From a virus (lineage: Duplodnaviria; Heunggongvirae; Uroviricota; Caudoviricetes), in IMG/VR virus record IMGVR_UViG_2541047762_000007: a stretch of 37,860 bases of DNA. One strand, written 5' to 3'. Made by a program: the position numbers and the translations under genes. This document shows positions 27,063-35,945 of the stretch, piece by piece; within the stretch, counting starts at the first letter, position 1; every line of letters starts with the position of its first letter. The notes under the pieces were generated by a model. The model saw only the letters and a list, made by a program, of their open reading frames with translations, made no database searches and was not told the origin of the DNA.

Positions 27063-27653
27063 CTAAAAAAAGAAGTGTATTATTGCCCAAACAGCTATAA
27101 CGATGATTCCCAGCCCAAGAGCCGATTCTAACTTATCTTTGGCAGTCATTTTTACTGTTGTAGCGGGCGCAGGTAAGTCTTGCTGCTGTGGATTTTCTGT
27201 TAGTTGTTTACGAGAAGAAACATCGCCCCTGTTAGTTTGCTTCATGTTGATTACAGATGCGTTATGGGCATTATCAGCAGCAATTGACTGAAGTTTTACA
27301 AAAGTTTTTGAATCTGTTTTAGCCAGAAGTAACCTATTTCCCGTAAACATTGCCTTAAAAGTGATAGTTTTTTTCGTCTTGTCCGCCGCACCAAGCAAAC
27401 CTCCAATGACCAACCCTGCACCACCAAAGATTAATCCACCAAGCAAACCTGCGCCTGCCGCCTTACCTATACGGCTTTCCTCTTCACTATCCGCAAGTTC
27501 AATCGATAAAAGCTCTTCTTTCAGATTTAATACAATATTTTCAGGAAAGCCTTGTTTTGGTTTTTTGGCAAACACGATGGTACCGAACCCCATGCTTGCC
27601 CACCCTTTAGGAAAACTTCCTGCGATAACCTGAATCCCTGCCATGTTCATCAC
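27063..27653 (-). CDS. Glycine-zipper membrane protein, unknown function
   Basis: 196 aa, AT-rich codons, central GxxxG-rich hydrophobic region (AAGAGLLGGLIFGGAGLVIGGLLGAA) and C-terminal transmembrane helix. Confidence 0.55.
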   Translation of the reverse strand: MMNMAGIQVIAGSFPKGWASMGFGTIVFAKKPKQGFPENIVLNLKEELLSIELADSEEESRIGKAAGAGLLGGLIFGGAGLVIGGLLGAADKTKKTITFKAMFTGNRLLLAKTDSKTFVKLQSIAADNAHNASVINMKQTNRGDVSSRKQLTENPQQQDLPAPATTVKMTAKDKLESALGLGIIVIAVWAIIHFFF

Positions 27654-27734
27654 CTTTTACATTAAAATTTCAGAACGCAGCATGATGCCGCCTTTGTCTT
27701 TTTTCTGATCCCATGGTAATTCAGCTGTTATTTT

Positions 27735-28721
27735 CTATTTAAGAATAAAACGGTACTTACTGTCAGGAGTGCTTTGCTGATCAAGTAGCAGTGAACGACA
27801 TGGAGCAGTCAAAACCCGAGCATAACTACCATCAGGGCTTATGTTAATGTAACAAACCTTGCCCTTAACACTATAATTTTCGGGGACGGATGCCTTTGCT
27901 GATACAGTAAATTTAAGGGTATGCCAGCCCGTTTTTTGCTTGTAGCTTGAAACCGAATGGAAATCATCTGAGTACTTATTTAACCCTGGAAACATGCTGC
28001 GCAGTGCGGGGATGGAATCTTCTATTATTTTATCGTTGGTTTTAATGTTAAAAACGCTGGTTTCAGTAGAAGCTACTGCTTTGGCATTTCCCCATTTACC
28101 AGCGAACACAATCATTCCCACGAAAAATATTGCTACAAGAACTAACACTCCCCCCAACACTACTACATGAGGCTTCCGGCTTCTGGTTGGTACAGTTGCG
28201 ACTGATTTTGCACCGCTTTCCGATGGAGGTGATAGAGTTTTACTCTCATCACGAATATTCAGCAGATCATCAAAATAACCAAACACAGCCTGCAACTGCT
28301 CTTTGTCTAGGCCTTTAAGATGGGTTGTACCGAAATGCTTCAGACAGTATCTGTCACGGTCAAGACGATACCCAGGGTCAGTAAGCGCCATTATTTTGCT
28401 GACCAGAAGATTACAGTCCTTCATATTCTGGATCTGTTGTGCATATCTCTGAAGGATCTCAACCGCACCATGATAATCAGCCGCAGTCATTTCATTAACT
28501 GTTTTGGTATTAAGTTTCGTGTGGATCGTCATCCATAGCTCGCGCTTACTTTCCCCCAGATCAACCAATTCATCCATCAATCTGTGTAAATCGCGTTTTT
28601 GCAGCAACGAAATTGGTTGCTGGGCCGAAGGAAGTATGTCAGCAGAATAGTTATGAATGGTAACATCACCGCTGACAACGTTACCCACATCCCCGTTAAC
28701 TGTTTGCTTCTCTTTACTCAT
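27735..28721 (-). CDS. Bitopic membrane protein co-transcribed with repressor (candidate superinfection-exclusion/defence protein)
   Basis: 328 aa, start overlaps repressor stop. Single transmembrane helix (HVVVLGGVLVLVAIFFVGMIVFAGKW) splits an ~185-aa N-terminal domain from an ~120-aa C-terminal domain. N-terminal motif GDVGNVVSGDVTI echoes the repressor C-terminus. Confidence 0.6.
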   Translation of the reverse strand: MSKEKQTVNGDVGNVVSGDVTIHNYSADILPSAQQPISLLQKRDLHRLMDELVDLGESKRELWMTIHTKLNTKTVNEMTAADYHGAVEILQRYAQQIQNMKDCNLLVSKIMALTDPGYRLDRDRYCLKHFGTTHLKGLDKEQLQAVFGYFDDLLNIRDESKTLSPPSESGAKSVATVPTRSRKPHVVVLGGVLVLVAIFFVGMIVFAGKWGNAKAVASTETSVFNIKTNDKIIEDSIPALRSMFPGLNKYSDDFHSVSSYKQKTGWHTLKFTVSAKASVPENYSVKGKVCYINISPDGSYARVLTAPCRSLLLDQQSTPDSKYRFILK

Positions 28722-29179
28722 CTTCTCTTGGTATTTTTGTTCATTATTCCACCTGTTCCTATGGTTACGTTACCTTTGATAACATTCCCCAGAACATCTC
28801 CATGAATAACCTGTTCCGCCCGTTCTCTGGAGGAGCCAGTAGTCAAGGCCGACAAAACTGAACCTTTGACCTGTAATGGTGCCTGCCGGTAGTGCTGCAG
28901 TAACTCCATTTCATCACGTGATAAAGTTATACCTGATGACTCCCCGGTAAGAATGAACTGTACATTGGCCCCAATTCTTGCAAAGGCTGCAAGTAACTCA
29001 CCTCCGGGAACAGCAACCCCTCGTTCATATTTCCCCCACATTTCTCTTGAAACGCCACAAAGGGCTGCTACTTCAGCCTGCTTGAGTGATAACCGCGAAC
29101 GCTCAGCTTTGAACCGCGACGCGCAAAGAGAATCAAAATTCACATAAACCTCATTGACAATGAGAACAATAGTTCTCAT
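28718..29179 (-). CDS. XRE/Cro-C1-type HTH repressor (immunity repressor candidate)
   Basis: HTH segment LSLKQAEVAALCGVSREMWGKYERG; divergent from the early operon. True start may be the GTG at 29143, since operator-like palindromes cover 29150..29179. Confidence 0.75.
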   Translation of the reverse strand: MRTIVLIVNEVYVNFDSLCASRFKAERSRLSLKQAEVAALCGVSREMWGKYERGVAVPGGELLAAFARIGANVQFILTGESSGITLSRDEMELLQHYRQAPLQVKGSVLSALTTGSSRERAEQVIHGDVLGNVIKGNVTIGTGGIMNKNTKRR

Positions 29180-29182
29180 AAT
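29150..29182. promoter_or_regulatory. Operator-like palindromes overlapping early promoter
   Basis: Perfect palindromes CTCATTG-A-CAATGAG (29150..29164) and ATGAGAAC-AATA-GTTCTCAT (29160..29179). Consensus -35 TTGACA at 29154..29159 and CATAAT at 29177..29182 with 17-bp spacing, facing the Ner/Cro-like gene. Confidence 0.6.
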
Positions 29183-29229
29183 CTATCACATATAAAACAA
29201 ACATCATTGCATCAACAAAGGAGACAACA

Positions 29230-29418
29230 ATGACTTCCGAACAAGTTAAAAATCTCTTCCGTCAGCGTGGTATCACGTTTACCCGCTGGGCCGAAGAACA
29301 CGGCTACAGCCGCAATGAGGTCTATCGTGTTCTCAATGGACAGACCAAAGCTCGTTACGGCAAAGCCCATGAAATTGCCGTAAAACTGGGATTAAAACCC
29401 ACGTCAAATGCGGCATAA
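29230..29418 (+). CDS. Ner/Cro-like small DNA-binding early regulator
   Basis: 62-aa basic protein, first gene of the rightward operon, divergent from repressor; SD AAAGGAGA upstream. Confidence 0.65.
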   Translation: MTSEQVKNLFRQRGITFTRWAEEHGYSRNEVYRVLNGQTKARYGKAHEIAVKLGLKPTSNAA

Positions 29419-29470
29419 ATTTTCCACATATGCAACAGGTTATCACATATTGCAAAAATGGAAATGTGAC

Positions 29471-29779
29471 ATGAGTAAAGTAAATATTTCCAGTTCTGGG
29501 AGCCGCATCCTACGTGTACTCAAAGCTCTACGCGGTCATGCTCTGAACGGTGTTTCTAACGGTGAACTGGCATCAGCCCTGGGGGAGTCCCCGGCGAATA
29601 TCAATCGAGCACTTAATACCCTTATTGAAGAGGGACTGGCCATGAAATTAGAGAACGGACGTTTCGCACCGGGAATCCAGTTACTACAGATCGCCATGGC
29701 TCACAGTCACGAGATGGCGCGTGCACAGGATCGTATTAACGAAATCAACCAACGAGTTATTTCAGGTAGTCGTTTGTAA
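29471..29779 (+). CDS. Winged-helix DNA-binding protein (putative regulator)
   Basis: Start taken at ATG 29471 (MSKVNISS...); wHTH-like segment LRVLKALRGHALNGVSNGELASALGESPANINRALNTLIEEGLA. Confidence 0.5.
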   Translation: MSKVNISSSGSRILRVLKALRGHALNGVSNGELASALGESPANINRALNTLIEEGLAMKLENGRFAPGIQLLQIAMAHSHEMARAQDRINEINQRVISGSRL

Positions 29780-29789
29780 GGAGTAATCA

Positions 29790-30704
29790 ATGGGACGCAC
29801 CAAATCACCCGTTAACACTGAACTGAATGTTGAGGTTCCGCTGTCAGATAACATCAATGTCAATTTGAACGCTATGACACAGCATCGCATGGAAATTATG
29901 CAGCAGTTTGGTGATGGACTGCCTTATGAACGTGATCGCATTGTTCACGAAGCACGTTTTTATATGGCGCAGAGTGCTGAATCTATGCTGGAAGCAGGTA
30001 AGCGGCTGATCATCTTAAAAGAAAATGAGCCACACGGTGATTTTACAAACATTTTAGAAAATGAACTCGGACTTGCACCACAAGTTGCTCGCCGCATGAT
30101 GCAAGCCAGTATGAAGTTTTTGGGAGAAGGTGATGAGCCAACAAAACGCTCAACGTTGAGCGTTTTGGGGAAAGCCAAACTGTACGACCTGATGGTTCTG
30201 GATAATGAAGAACTTGATGAATTGGCCGACGGCGGCACAGTTGCCGGCCTGACGCTTGACGACGTTGATCGCATGTCAGTACGTGAATTGCGTCAGGCCC
30301 TGCGCGAAGCGCGCGAAACCAACGCAGCACAACAGCGCGTACTCGCCGACAAAAATGAAAAAATAGATTCACTCTCCACCAGACTGGAGAAGAAATCCCG
30401 TATTCAGCCGCCTGAGCCTGATGAGGAGGTTAAGAAGCTGCGGGCGGAAGTAACAGCATTAGCGGTTGAGGCGGAATCTGCTATCGCCGTCCGACTGTCC
30501 AGCGCTTTTGAGACGCTGTGCGCATATTGTGCTGAAAACATGATTGATACCCCCAGAGACTTCATGGCAGGCCTGGTCTGTCAACTGGAAAGCACAGCGC
30601 GTAGCCTGCGCTCCACATTTGACCTGCCGGACGAGCCAACAGGCAATGCAGCGCCTTCATGGCTGACTGAGCCGACGCCACAGATTAACGGGCTGGAGGC
30701 ATAA
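29790..30704 (+). CDS. Early protein of unknown function
   Basis: 304-aa ORF coupled to the upstream gene and immediately preceding the transposase. Confidence 0.55.
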   Translation: MGRTKSPVNTELNVEVPLSDNINVNLNAMTQHRMEIMQQFGDGLPYERDRIVHEARFYMAQSAESMLEAGKRLIILKENEPHGDFTNILENELGLAPQVARRMMQASMKFLGEGDEPTKRSTLSVLGKAKLYDLMVLDNEELDELADGGTVAGLTLDDVDRMSVRELRQALREARETNAAQQRVLADKNEKIDSLSTRLEKKSRIQPPEPDEEVKKLRAEVTALAVEAESAIAVRLSSAFETLCAYCAENMIDTPRDFMAGLVCQLESTARSLRSTFDLPDEPTGNAAPSWLTEPTPQINGLEA

Positions 30705-30707
30705 CCA

Positions 30708-32477
30708 ATGAATGCTGCCCTGACTGAACGACTGGTTTATGTCGCCCGCGCGGCACGTGACGCGGGGCATGGTAAACGCGGTGCAATATACGACGCTGCC
30801 TGTGCTGAACTTGGCATGTCCCGCGCCACTCTGCTGCGCAGGCTGAAGGAGGTCTCTGTGACTGATAAACGCAAAAAACGCGCCGATGCCGGGCGCAGCG
30901 CCCTGACCCGCGACGAAGCCGCGCTGATATCTGCCACACTGCGTGAGGCCACCCGCAAGAACGGTAAGCGTCTCTATTCCATCGCGGATGCAGTGGAAAC
31001 CCTGCGGGCTAACGGCTTTATCTCCGCAGGCAGAACAGATGAAACCACCGGTGAGTTTTTCCCGTTGTCCGAAGATGCCATCAGCCGAGCCCTGCGTAAC
31101 TATGGCCTGCACCCGGAACAACTGGATGCCCCTGCACCACATACTGAAGTGGCCAGTCTGCATCCCAATCATGTCTGGCAGATTGATGCCTCGCTCTGCA
31201 CGCTTTACTACCTGAGTAATGGACACAAAGGACTGCAGGTGATGGACAGCGCGAAGTTCTACAAGAACAAGCCCGCTAACCTTGCCCGTATCGCCAGTGA
31301 CCGCGTGTGGAGTTACGAGATTACCGACCATGCCAGCGGCTGGATTTACGTTGAGTATGTGACGGGTGCGGAATCCGGTGAGAACCTGTGTTCTGTGCTT
31401 ATCAACGCCATGCAGGAGCGTGGCGGCGCAGACGTGCTGCACGGCGTGCCAAAAATACTCTATCTCGACCCCGGCTCGGCAAACACCGCGGGTATGACGA
31501 AAAACATGTGCCGCTCACTGGGCATTGACCTGATAGCGCACAAGCCGCATAACGCCCGCGCCACCGGACAGGTGGAAAAGGCGCGTGACATTATCGAACG
31601 CAAGCTGGAGCCGGGTCTGAAGTTCCGGCCGGTTCACAGTCTGGAAGAACTCAACGCGCTGGCCGCGAAATGGCGCAGCCACTTTAACGCCACGGCTGTT
31701 CACAGCCGCCACGGTAAAACCCGCACGGATATCTGGCTGAAGATTACTACTGAGCAGCTGAAAAAAGCGCCTTCCGTTGAGGTATGTCGTGAACTGGCTG
31801 TGGCGGCACCAGAACTCCGCAAAGTCACGCCAAAACTTCGTGTCTCGTTCCGGGGCACTGAATTTGACGTATCAACGGTACCGGGCGTACTGGTCGGTGA
31901 AAAACTGATGATTACCCGTAACCCGTGGCGCAGCGATGTGGCACAGGTGGTTCTGACCGGTGAGGACGGCCACGAGACGTTCTTCCTGGTCGAAGAGGTC
32001 AGAAAGAACGAGTTTGGCTTTGCTGAAGGCGCGGCGGTATTTGGCGAAAGTTACAAAGCCCTGCCGGAAACACCGGCGCAGACGGCGGCAAAAGAAACTG
32101 AAGCGCTGGTCACCGGTACAGACAACGCCACAGATGCAGCTGCCGCACGCAAGGCGAAGGCGCTGCCGTTCGGCGGGCGGCTTGACCCGTATAAACATAT
32201 TGATGACGCCACACTTCCGGCCTATATGCCGAAGCGCGGTCAGGCCTCTGACGTACGCGGGCCGCGCACTGAACAACGTCCCATGACTCATGTGGAGGCC
32301 GCGAAAGCCCTGCGCGATAAGTTCAGCGCCGACGGCCTTACCTGGACGCCGGAACATTACCGCCAGTTAACGGCACAGTACCCGGACGGCGTACCGGAAG
32401 CCGCACTGGATGAAGTCATGGCCACGCTGACCACGCCGGCACGCAGCAGTGTTATCAGCATTGTTAACGGCAACTGA
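30708..32477 (+). CDS. DDE transposase (Mu A-like)
   Basis: 589 aa with N-terminal HTH-like region and an integrase-type catalytic core (HVWQIDAS, LYLDPGSANTA, ATGQVEKA); followed by a MuB-like ATPase. Confidence 0.8.
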   Translation: MNAALTERLVYVARAARDAGHGKRGAIYDAACAELGMSRATLLRRLKEVSVTDKRKKRADAGRSALTRDEAALISATLREATRKNGKRLYSIADAVETLRANGFISAGRTDETTGEFFPLSEDAISRALRNYGLHPEQLDAPAPHTEVASLHPNHVWQIDASLCTLYYLSNGHKGLQVMDSAKFYKNKPANLARIASDRVWSYEITDHASGWIYVEYVTGAESGENLCSVLINAMQERGGADVLHGVPKILYLDPGSANTAGMTKNMCRSLGIDLIAHKPHNARATGQVEKARDIIERKLEPGLKFRPVHSLEELNALAAKWRSHFNATAVHSRHGKTRTDIWLKITTEQLKKAPSVEVCRELAVAAPELRKVTPKLRVSFRGTEFDVSTVPGVLVGEKLMITRNPWRSDVAQVVLTGEDGHETFFLVEEVRKNEFGFAEGAAVFGESYKALPETPAQTAAKETEALVTGTDNATDAAAARKAKALPFGGRLDPYKHIDDATLPAYMPKRGQASDVRGPRTEQRPMTHVEAAKALRDKFSADGLTWTPEHYRQLTAQYPDGVPEAALDEVMATLTTPARSSVISIVNGN

Positions 32478-32487
32478 GGAGGAAAAC

Positions 32488-33654
32488 ATGCTGGTACTGA
32501 AGCAGCAACTGAAAGAGGCCCGTATCTCACAGGCGGTGGTGGCGAGAGCTGTCGATGTTTCTGAGGCCACGCTGGCCCAGATTGTGAATCATAACGCGTG
32601 GCCCCGCACCCGCCCCGGAGAAGTGCGCCGGCGTCTTGCGTCCTGGCTGGAAAGTCAGGGGATTGATACAACGAAGAGTTTTGATGCTGTACAGGTCGCG
32701 GCCACGCCCCGTACAGCGGGTACCACAGACAAAACGAGCCTCAGTGAGGAAGAGAATATGTTACTCAAAAAACAGGTGTTATTTCCAGCAACCAAAAAAG
32801 CGTTTGGTCTTTTCCGTGACCCGTTCGCCGATGAAGCCATGCAGGGTTCTGATGATGTGTTCACCACCCCGGACATCCGCTATGTGCGTGAGGCGCTGTA
32901 CCAGACAGCCCGTCATGGTGGATTTATGGCCGTCATCGGTGAGTCCGGTGCGGGCAAATCCACGCTGCGCCGCGACCTGACTGAACGTATCAACCGCGAG
33001 AATGCGCCGGTAATTGTTATCGAGCCATACGTCATCGCCATGGAAGACAACGATGTGAAAGGAAAAACCCTGAAGGCTGCAGCGATTGCCGAAGCCATTA
33101 TCAGTACCATCGCACCACTGGAAAGCATCAGACGCAGTCAGGACGCCCGCTTTCGCCAGTTGCATCGCGTCCTGAAAGACAGCAGCCAGGCGGGGTTCAG
33201 CCACGTTCTGGTGATTGAGGAGGCCCACAGTCTGCCCGTTCCGACACTGAAACACCTCAAACGCTTTTTTGAGCTGGAGTCCGGTTTCAAAAAGCTGCTG
33301 TCCATTGTGCTGATTGGCCAGCCGGAACTGGCGACAAAACTGTCTGAACGCAATATGGAAGTCCGTGAAGTCGTTCAGCGCTGTGAGGTGGTCGAACTTC
33401 TGCCTCTGGACAATAACCTTGAAGAATTTCTGACGTTCAAACTGCAACGGGCCGGTAAACAACTGACGGACATTATGGACGCCAGCGCAGTGGATGCCAT
33501 ACGTGCCCGCCTGAGCAATCCGGGAAGTCATCGTAAAAATATGGTCAGCCTGCTGTATCCGCTGGCCGTCAGTAACCTGGTAATAGCCGCCATGAATCTG
33601 GCCGCTGAAATCGGGGTTCCACAGGTCAACGCTGACGTTGTCAAAGGGGTTTAA
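32488..33654 (+). CDS. Transposition ATPase (Mu B-like AAA+)
   Basis: Walker A GESGAGKST, Walker B-like VLVIEEAH, N-terminal HTH-like region. Start taken at ATG 32488 after GAGGAGG. Confidence 0.8.
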   Translation: MLVLKQQLKEARISQAVVARAVDVSEATLAQIVNHNAWPRTRPGEVRRRLASWLESQGIDTTKSFDAVQVAATPRTAGTTDKTSLSEEENMLLKKQVLFPATKKAFGLFRDPFADEAMQGSDDVFTTPDIRYVREALYQTARHGGFMAVIGESGAGKSTLRRDLTERINRENAPVIVIEPYVIAMEDNDVKGKTLKAAAIAEAIISTIAPLESIRRSQDARFRQLHRVLKDSSQAGFSHVLVIEEAHSLPVPTLKHLKRFFELESGFKKLLSIVLIGQPELATKLSERNMEVREVVQRCEVVELLPLDNNLEEFLTFKLQRAGKQLTDIMDASAVDAIRARLSNPGSHRKNMVSLLYPLAVSNLVIAAMNLAAEIGVPQVNADVVKGV

Positions 33655-33656
33655 TA

Positions 33657-33926
33657 ATGAAATCCACCGCAGGTATCAACCAGCAAATCAGCAAAGTGCA
33701 GTCAGCCATTATGGCGCTTAAGGCGACGAACACGGATGTACAAAGCATCACCATCAGGGGGAACAAACCTGTCATCCGCGTTTCCCGGAGTGCGCATTGC
33801 ATGCGCATGCTTGAGCAGGGAAAGGCCTGTTATCTGTATACCGGACATGACCACAGGGGATATTTCCGTCAGGGCGTTTTCGAACTGCACGGCTGTCGCG
33901 TCGTGTGGCCGGAATCTTTGTGGTAA
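33657..33926 (+). CDS. Hypothetical early protein (Kil-like position)
   Basis: 89-aa ORF between B and gam. Confidence 0.45.
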   Translation: MKSTAGINQQISKVQSAIMALKATNTDVQSITIRGNKPVIRVSRSAHCMRMLEQGKACYLYTGHDHRGYFRQGVFELHGCRVVWPESLW

Positions 33927-33953
33927 TCAGCACAACCGGAGAAATCATAAAAT

Positions 33954-34484
33954 ATGGCAAAAAGTACAAAAGGGGCAAAACGTATCAAGTCCGCAGCGGC
34001 ACTCTGGGTACCGGGGACACGCGAAGAGGTCATTGAGGGCATCAGACTGCTCGGTGACGCACAACGTGAACTGGTCAGGGCTGAAACAGAAATGAATGAC
34101 GCCATTGGCGATATCACCGCACGTTATGCCCCGCTCACCGAGAGCCTGAAAAAACGCATGGCCGAACTGCAGTCCGGTATTCAGACATGGTGTGAGGCAC
34201 ACCGTGATGAACTGACCGGCAACGGGAAGGTGAAGTTCGCTAACCTCACCACCGGCGAGGTGCAGTGGCGAAACCGTCCGCCATCAGTCAGTATCCGTGG
34301 GGCGGATAATGTTATTGAATTACTGAGACGTCTGGGGCTTGAGCGCTTTATTCGTGTAAAAGAGGAAATAAATAAAGACGCTATCCTGAATGAAAAAGAG
34401 GCCGTGAAAAATATTCCCGGTATTTCCATTAAAAGCGACATTGAGGATTTTTCAATAATTCCTTTTGAGCAGGATGTGCAGTAA
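33954..34484 (+). CDS. gam: Host-nuclease inhibitor Gam (Mu Gam-like)
   Basis: Translation closely matches Mu Gam as I recall it (AKRIKSAAA...EMNDAI...WCEA.RDELT..GKVK.ANL.TG.V.WR.RPPSVSIRG...GIEDFSIIPFEQ). Confidence 0.9.
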   Translation: MAKSTKGAKRIKSAAALWVPGTREEVIEGIRLLGDAQRELVRAETEMNDAIGDITARYAPLTESLKKRMAELQSGIQTWCEAHRDELTGNGKVKFANLTTGEVQWRNRPPSVSIRGADNVIELLRRLGLERFIRVKEEINKDAILNEKEAVKNIPGISIKSDIEDFSIIPFEQDVQ

Positions 34485-34526
34485 ACACACCACGTTAATT
34501 ATTTAATAAAAACATTTTCTTTTTTA

Positions 34527-34563
34527 TTCCGGCGTCAGCGCCGTGGGCTTCTGCACGCCGGAA
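34527..34563 (+). promoter_or_regulatory. Stem-loop downstream of gam, preceded by an AT-rich tract
   Basis: 9-bp stem TTCCGGCGT/ACGCCGGAA with a 19-nt loop, preceded by a T-rich/AT-rich tract (34490..34526) and followed by the SD of the next ORF. Confidence 0.4.
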
Positions 34564-34581
34564 ACAGAGGAGAATTAAATT

Positions 34582-34776
34582 ATGATATTTAAATGTATTC
34601 AGTGCGAGAGGGATATAACAGCCCTGCGTTTTCACAGCGCCATCGCCGTGATGTCCGGTAAATACCACATCCCTGCGGTACGCGTCACCCTGGTCTGCCC
34701 GTACTGCAGCCAGCATTTTTCGGCAGATGTGCCCGTCATGGAATTCTCCCGCCCTGACAGGGAGGACGCGCAATGA
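34582..34776 (+). CDS. Small zinc-ribbon-like protein
   Basis: 64 aa with CxxC (CIQC) and CPYC pairs; SD GAGGAG upstream. Confidence 0.5.
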   Translation: MIFKCIQCERDITALRFHSAIAVMSGKYHIPAVRVTLVCPYCSQHFSADVPVMEFSRPDREDAQ

Positions 34777-35045
34777 TTACCCCACAGGAAGCACGACAGC
34801 GCACCCGAACTCTTGTTGAACACTATGTCAACGAGTGTGAATGCCGCGACCTCACCGATGTGAAGCACGTCCTGACGGCGCTAATCAGCATGGCCACGCA
34901 GGCCATTGTGGCAACCAACGGAAAGGAGGCTGCCCTGCAGGTACTGATGAACACACTCACCCACACGGCAGAGCACGAGGTGCCGTACCGGGTGGAAACC
35001 ACTGCAGAAGGCGGCCTGAACATCACCGTCGACCGGAAACACTGA
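34773..35045 (+). CDS. Hypothetical early protein
   Basis: 90-aa ORF with ATGA overlap to the upstream gene. Confidence 0.45.
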   Translation: MITPQEARQRTRTLVEHYVNECECRDLTDVKHVLTALISMATQAIVATNGKEAALQVLMNTLTHTAEHEVPYRVETTAEGGLNITVDRKH

Positions 35046-35054
35046 GGGCGCGGC

Positions 35055-35357
35055 ATGACACGGAACACCGAACTCACCCGCACCGCCCTCTACCGTCTGG
35101 CCCTGCAGCGTTTCGGGCCGGACGCACAGGCCCTGAAACTGACAGAAGAGGCCGCTGAACTGGCGGCCAGTGCCGCCCGCAACCTGAACGGACAGGGCAG
35201 CGAAAGTGACCTCGCGGCAGAGCTGGCAGACGTGGAAATCATGACAGAGCAGCTGCGCCTTCAGGGAATGGACCGGCTGATTGACTTCCACAAACGGAAA
35301 AAACTGGAACGCCTTGCCGCACGGCTGGGCGTCTCATACACCGGAGAAATCATATGA
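35055..35357 (+). CDS. MazG-like nucleotide pyrophosphohydrolase domain protein (tentative)
   Basis: 100 aa with EEAAEL and ELADVE motifs in the spacing typical of small MazG-like proteins. Confidence 0.45.
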   Translation: MTRNTELTRTALYRLALQRFGPDAQALKLTEEAAELAASAARNLNGQGSESDLAAELADVEIMTEQLRLQGMDRLIDFHKRKKLERLAARLGVSYTGEII

Positions 35358-35737
35358 ACCGCACCGAACAGACGCCACAACTGACGCCGGAAGATGCTGC
35401 ACAGCGTATTCGGGTACTGGAAGACGAAAACGAATACCTGCGCAAGAGATTTGAAGAGGTGGACCTGTACTTCGGGCGCAATCTGGTCGTCATGAAAGCT
35501 GCAGTGATTGAGTGGCGGGCCACCGGTGATGCCAGGAACGGCATGGCGTGGATTTACAACACCCTGTGTGGGCCGGGCGAACTGCCGCCGCAAGAGGAGA
35601 AAGAGGCACAGGAATACTTCAACAGGGAAACTGAAGTTATCGACAGAAAACTGGCTGCCCTGTACCACTGGTTCAGGAAATACCACAGGACACACGCCGC
35701 ACCTGACCAGACCACCACAGGAGGTACCAGTGACTGA
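35354..35737 (+). CDS. Hypothetical early protein
   Basis: 127-aa ORF, ATGA-coupled to the upstream gene. Confidence 0.45.
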   Translation: MNRTEQTPQLTPEDAAQRIRVLEDENEYLRKRFEEVDLYFGRNLVVMKAAVIEWRATGDARNGMAWIYNTLCGPGELPPQEEKEAQEYFNRETEVIDRKLAALYHWFRKYHRTHAAPDQTTTGGTSD

Positions 35738-35945
35738 CACCATTATGGAAATTGTGGTATGGGCTTTCCTGCTTACTGGTATAGCCGTGTGCATCTGCGC
35801 CGGATTCGCCCTGGTTGCCCTGCTGACCCACGTGGTGACGCAGTGGTTATGGGAAAAGCTTAAAGCAGCATACAGCCTGAAAGAGCTGTCCGACGCTGTT
35901 CGGGCATGGGAACAGCAAAAAAATACCGGAGATACTGAACAATGA
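35730..35945 (+). CDS. Small membrane protein (one TM)
   Basis: GTG start after AGGAGG; hydrophobic segment VVWAFLLTGIAVCICAGFALVALL. Confidence 0.4.
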   Translation: MTDTIMEIVVWAFLLTGIAVCICAGFALVALLTHVVTQWLWEKLKAAYSLKELSDAVRAWEQQKNTGDTEQ

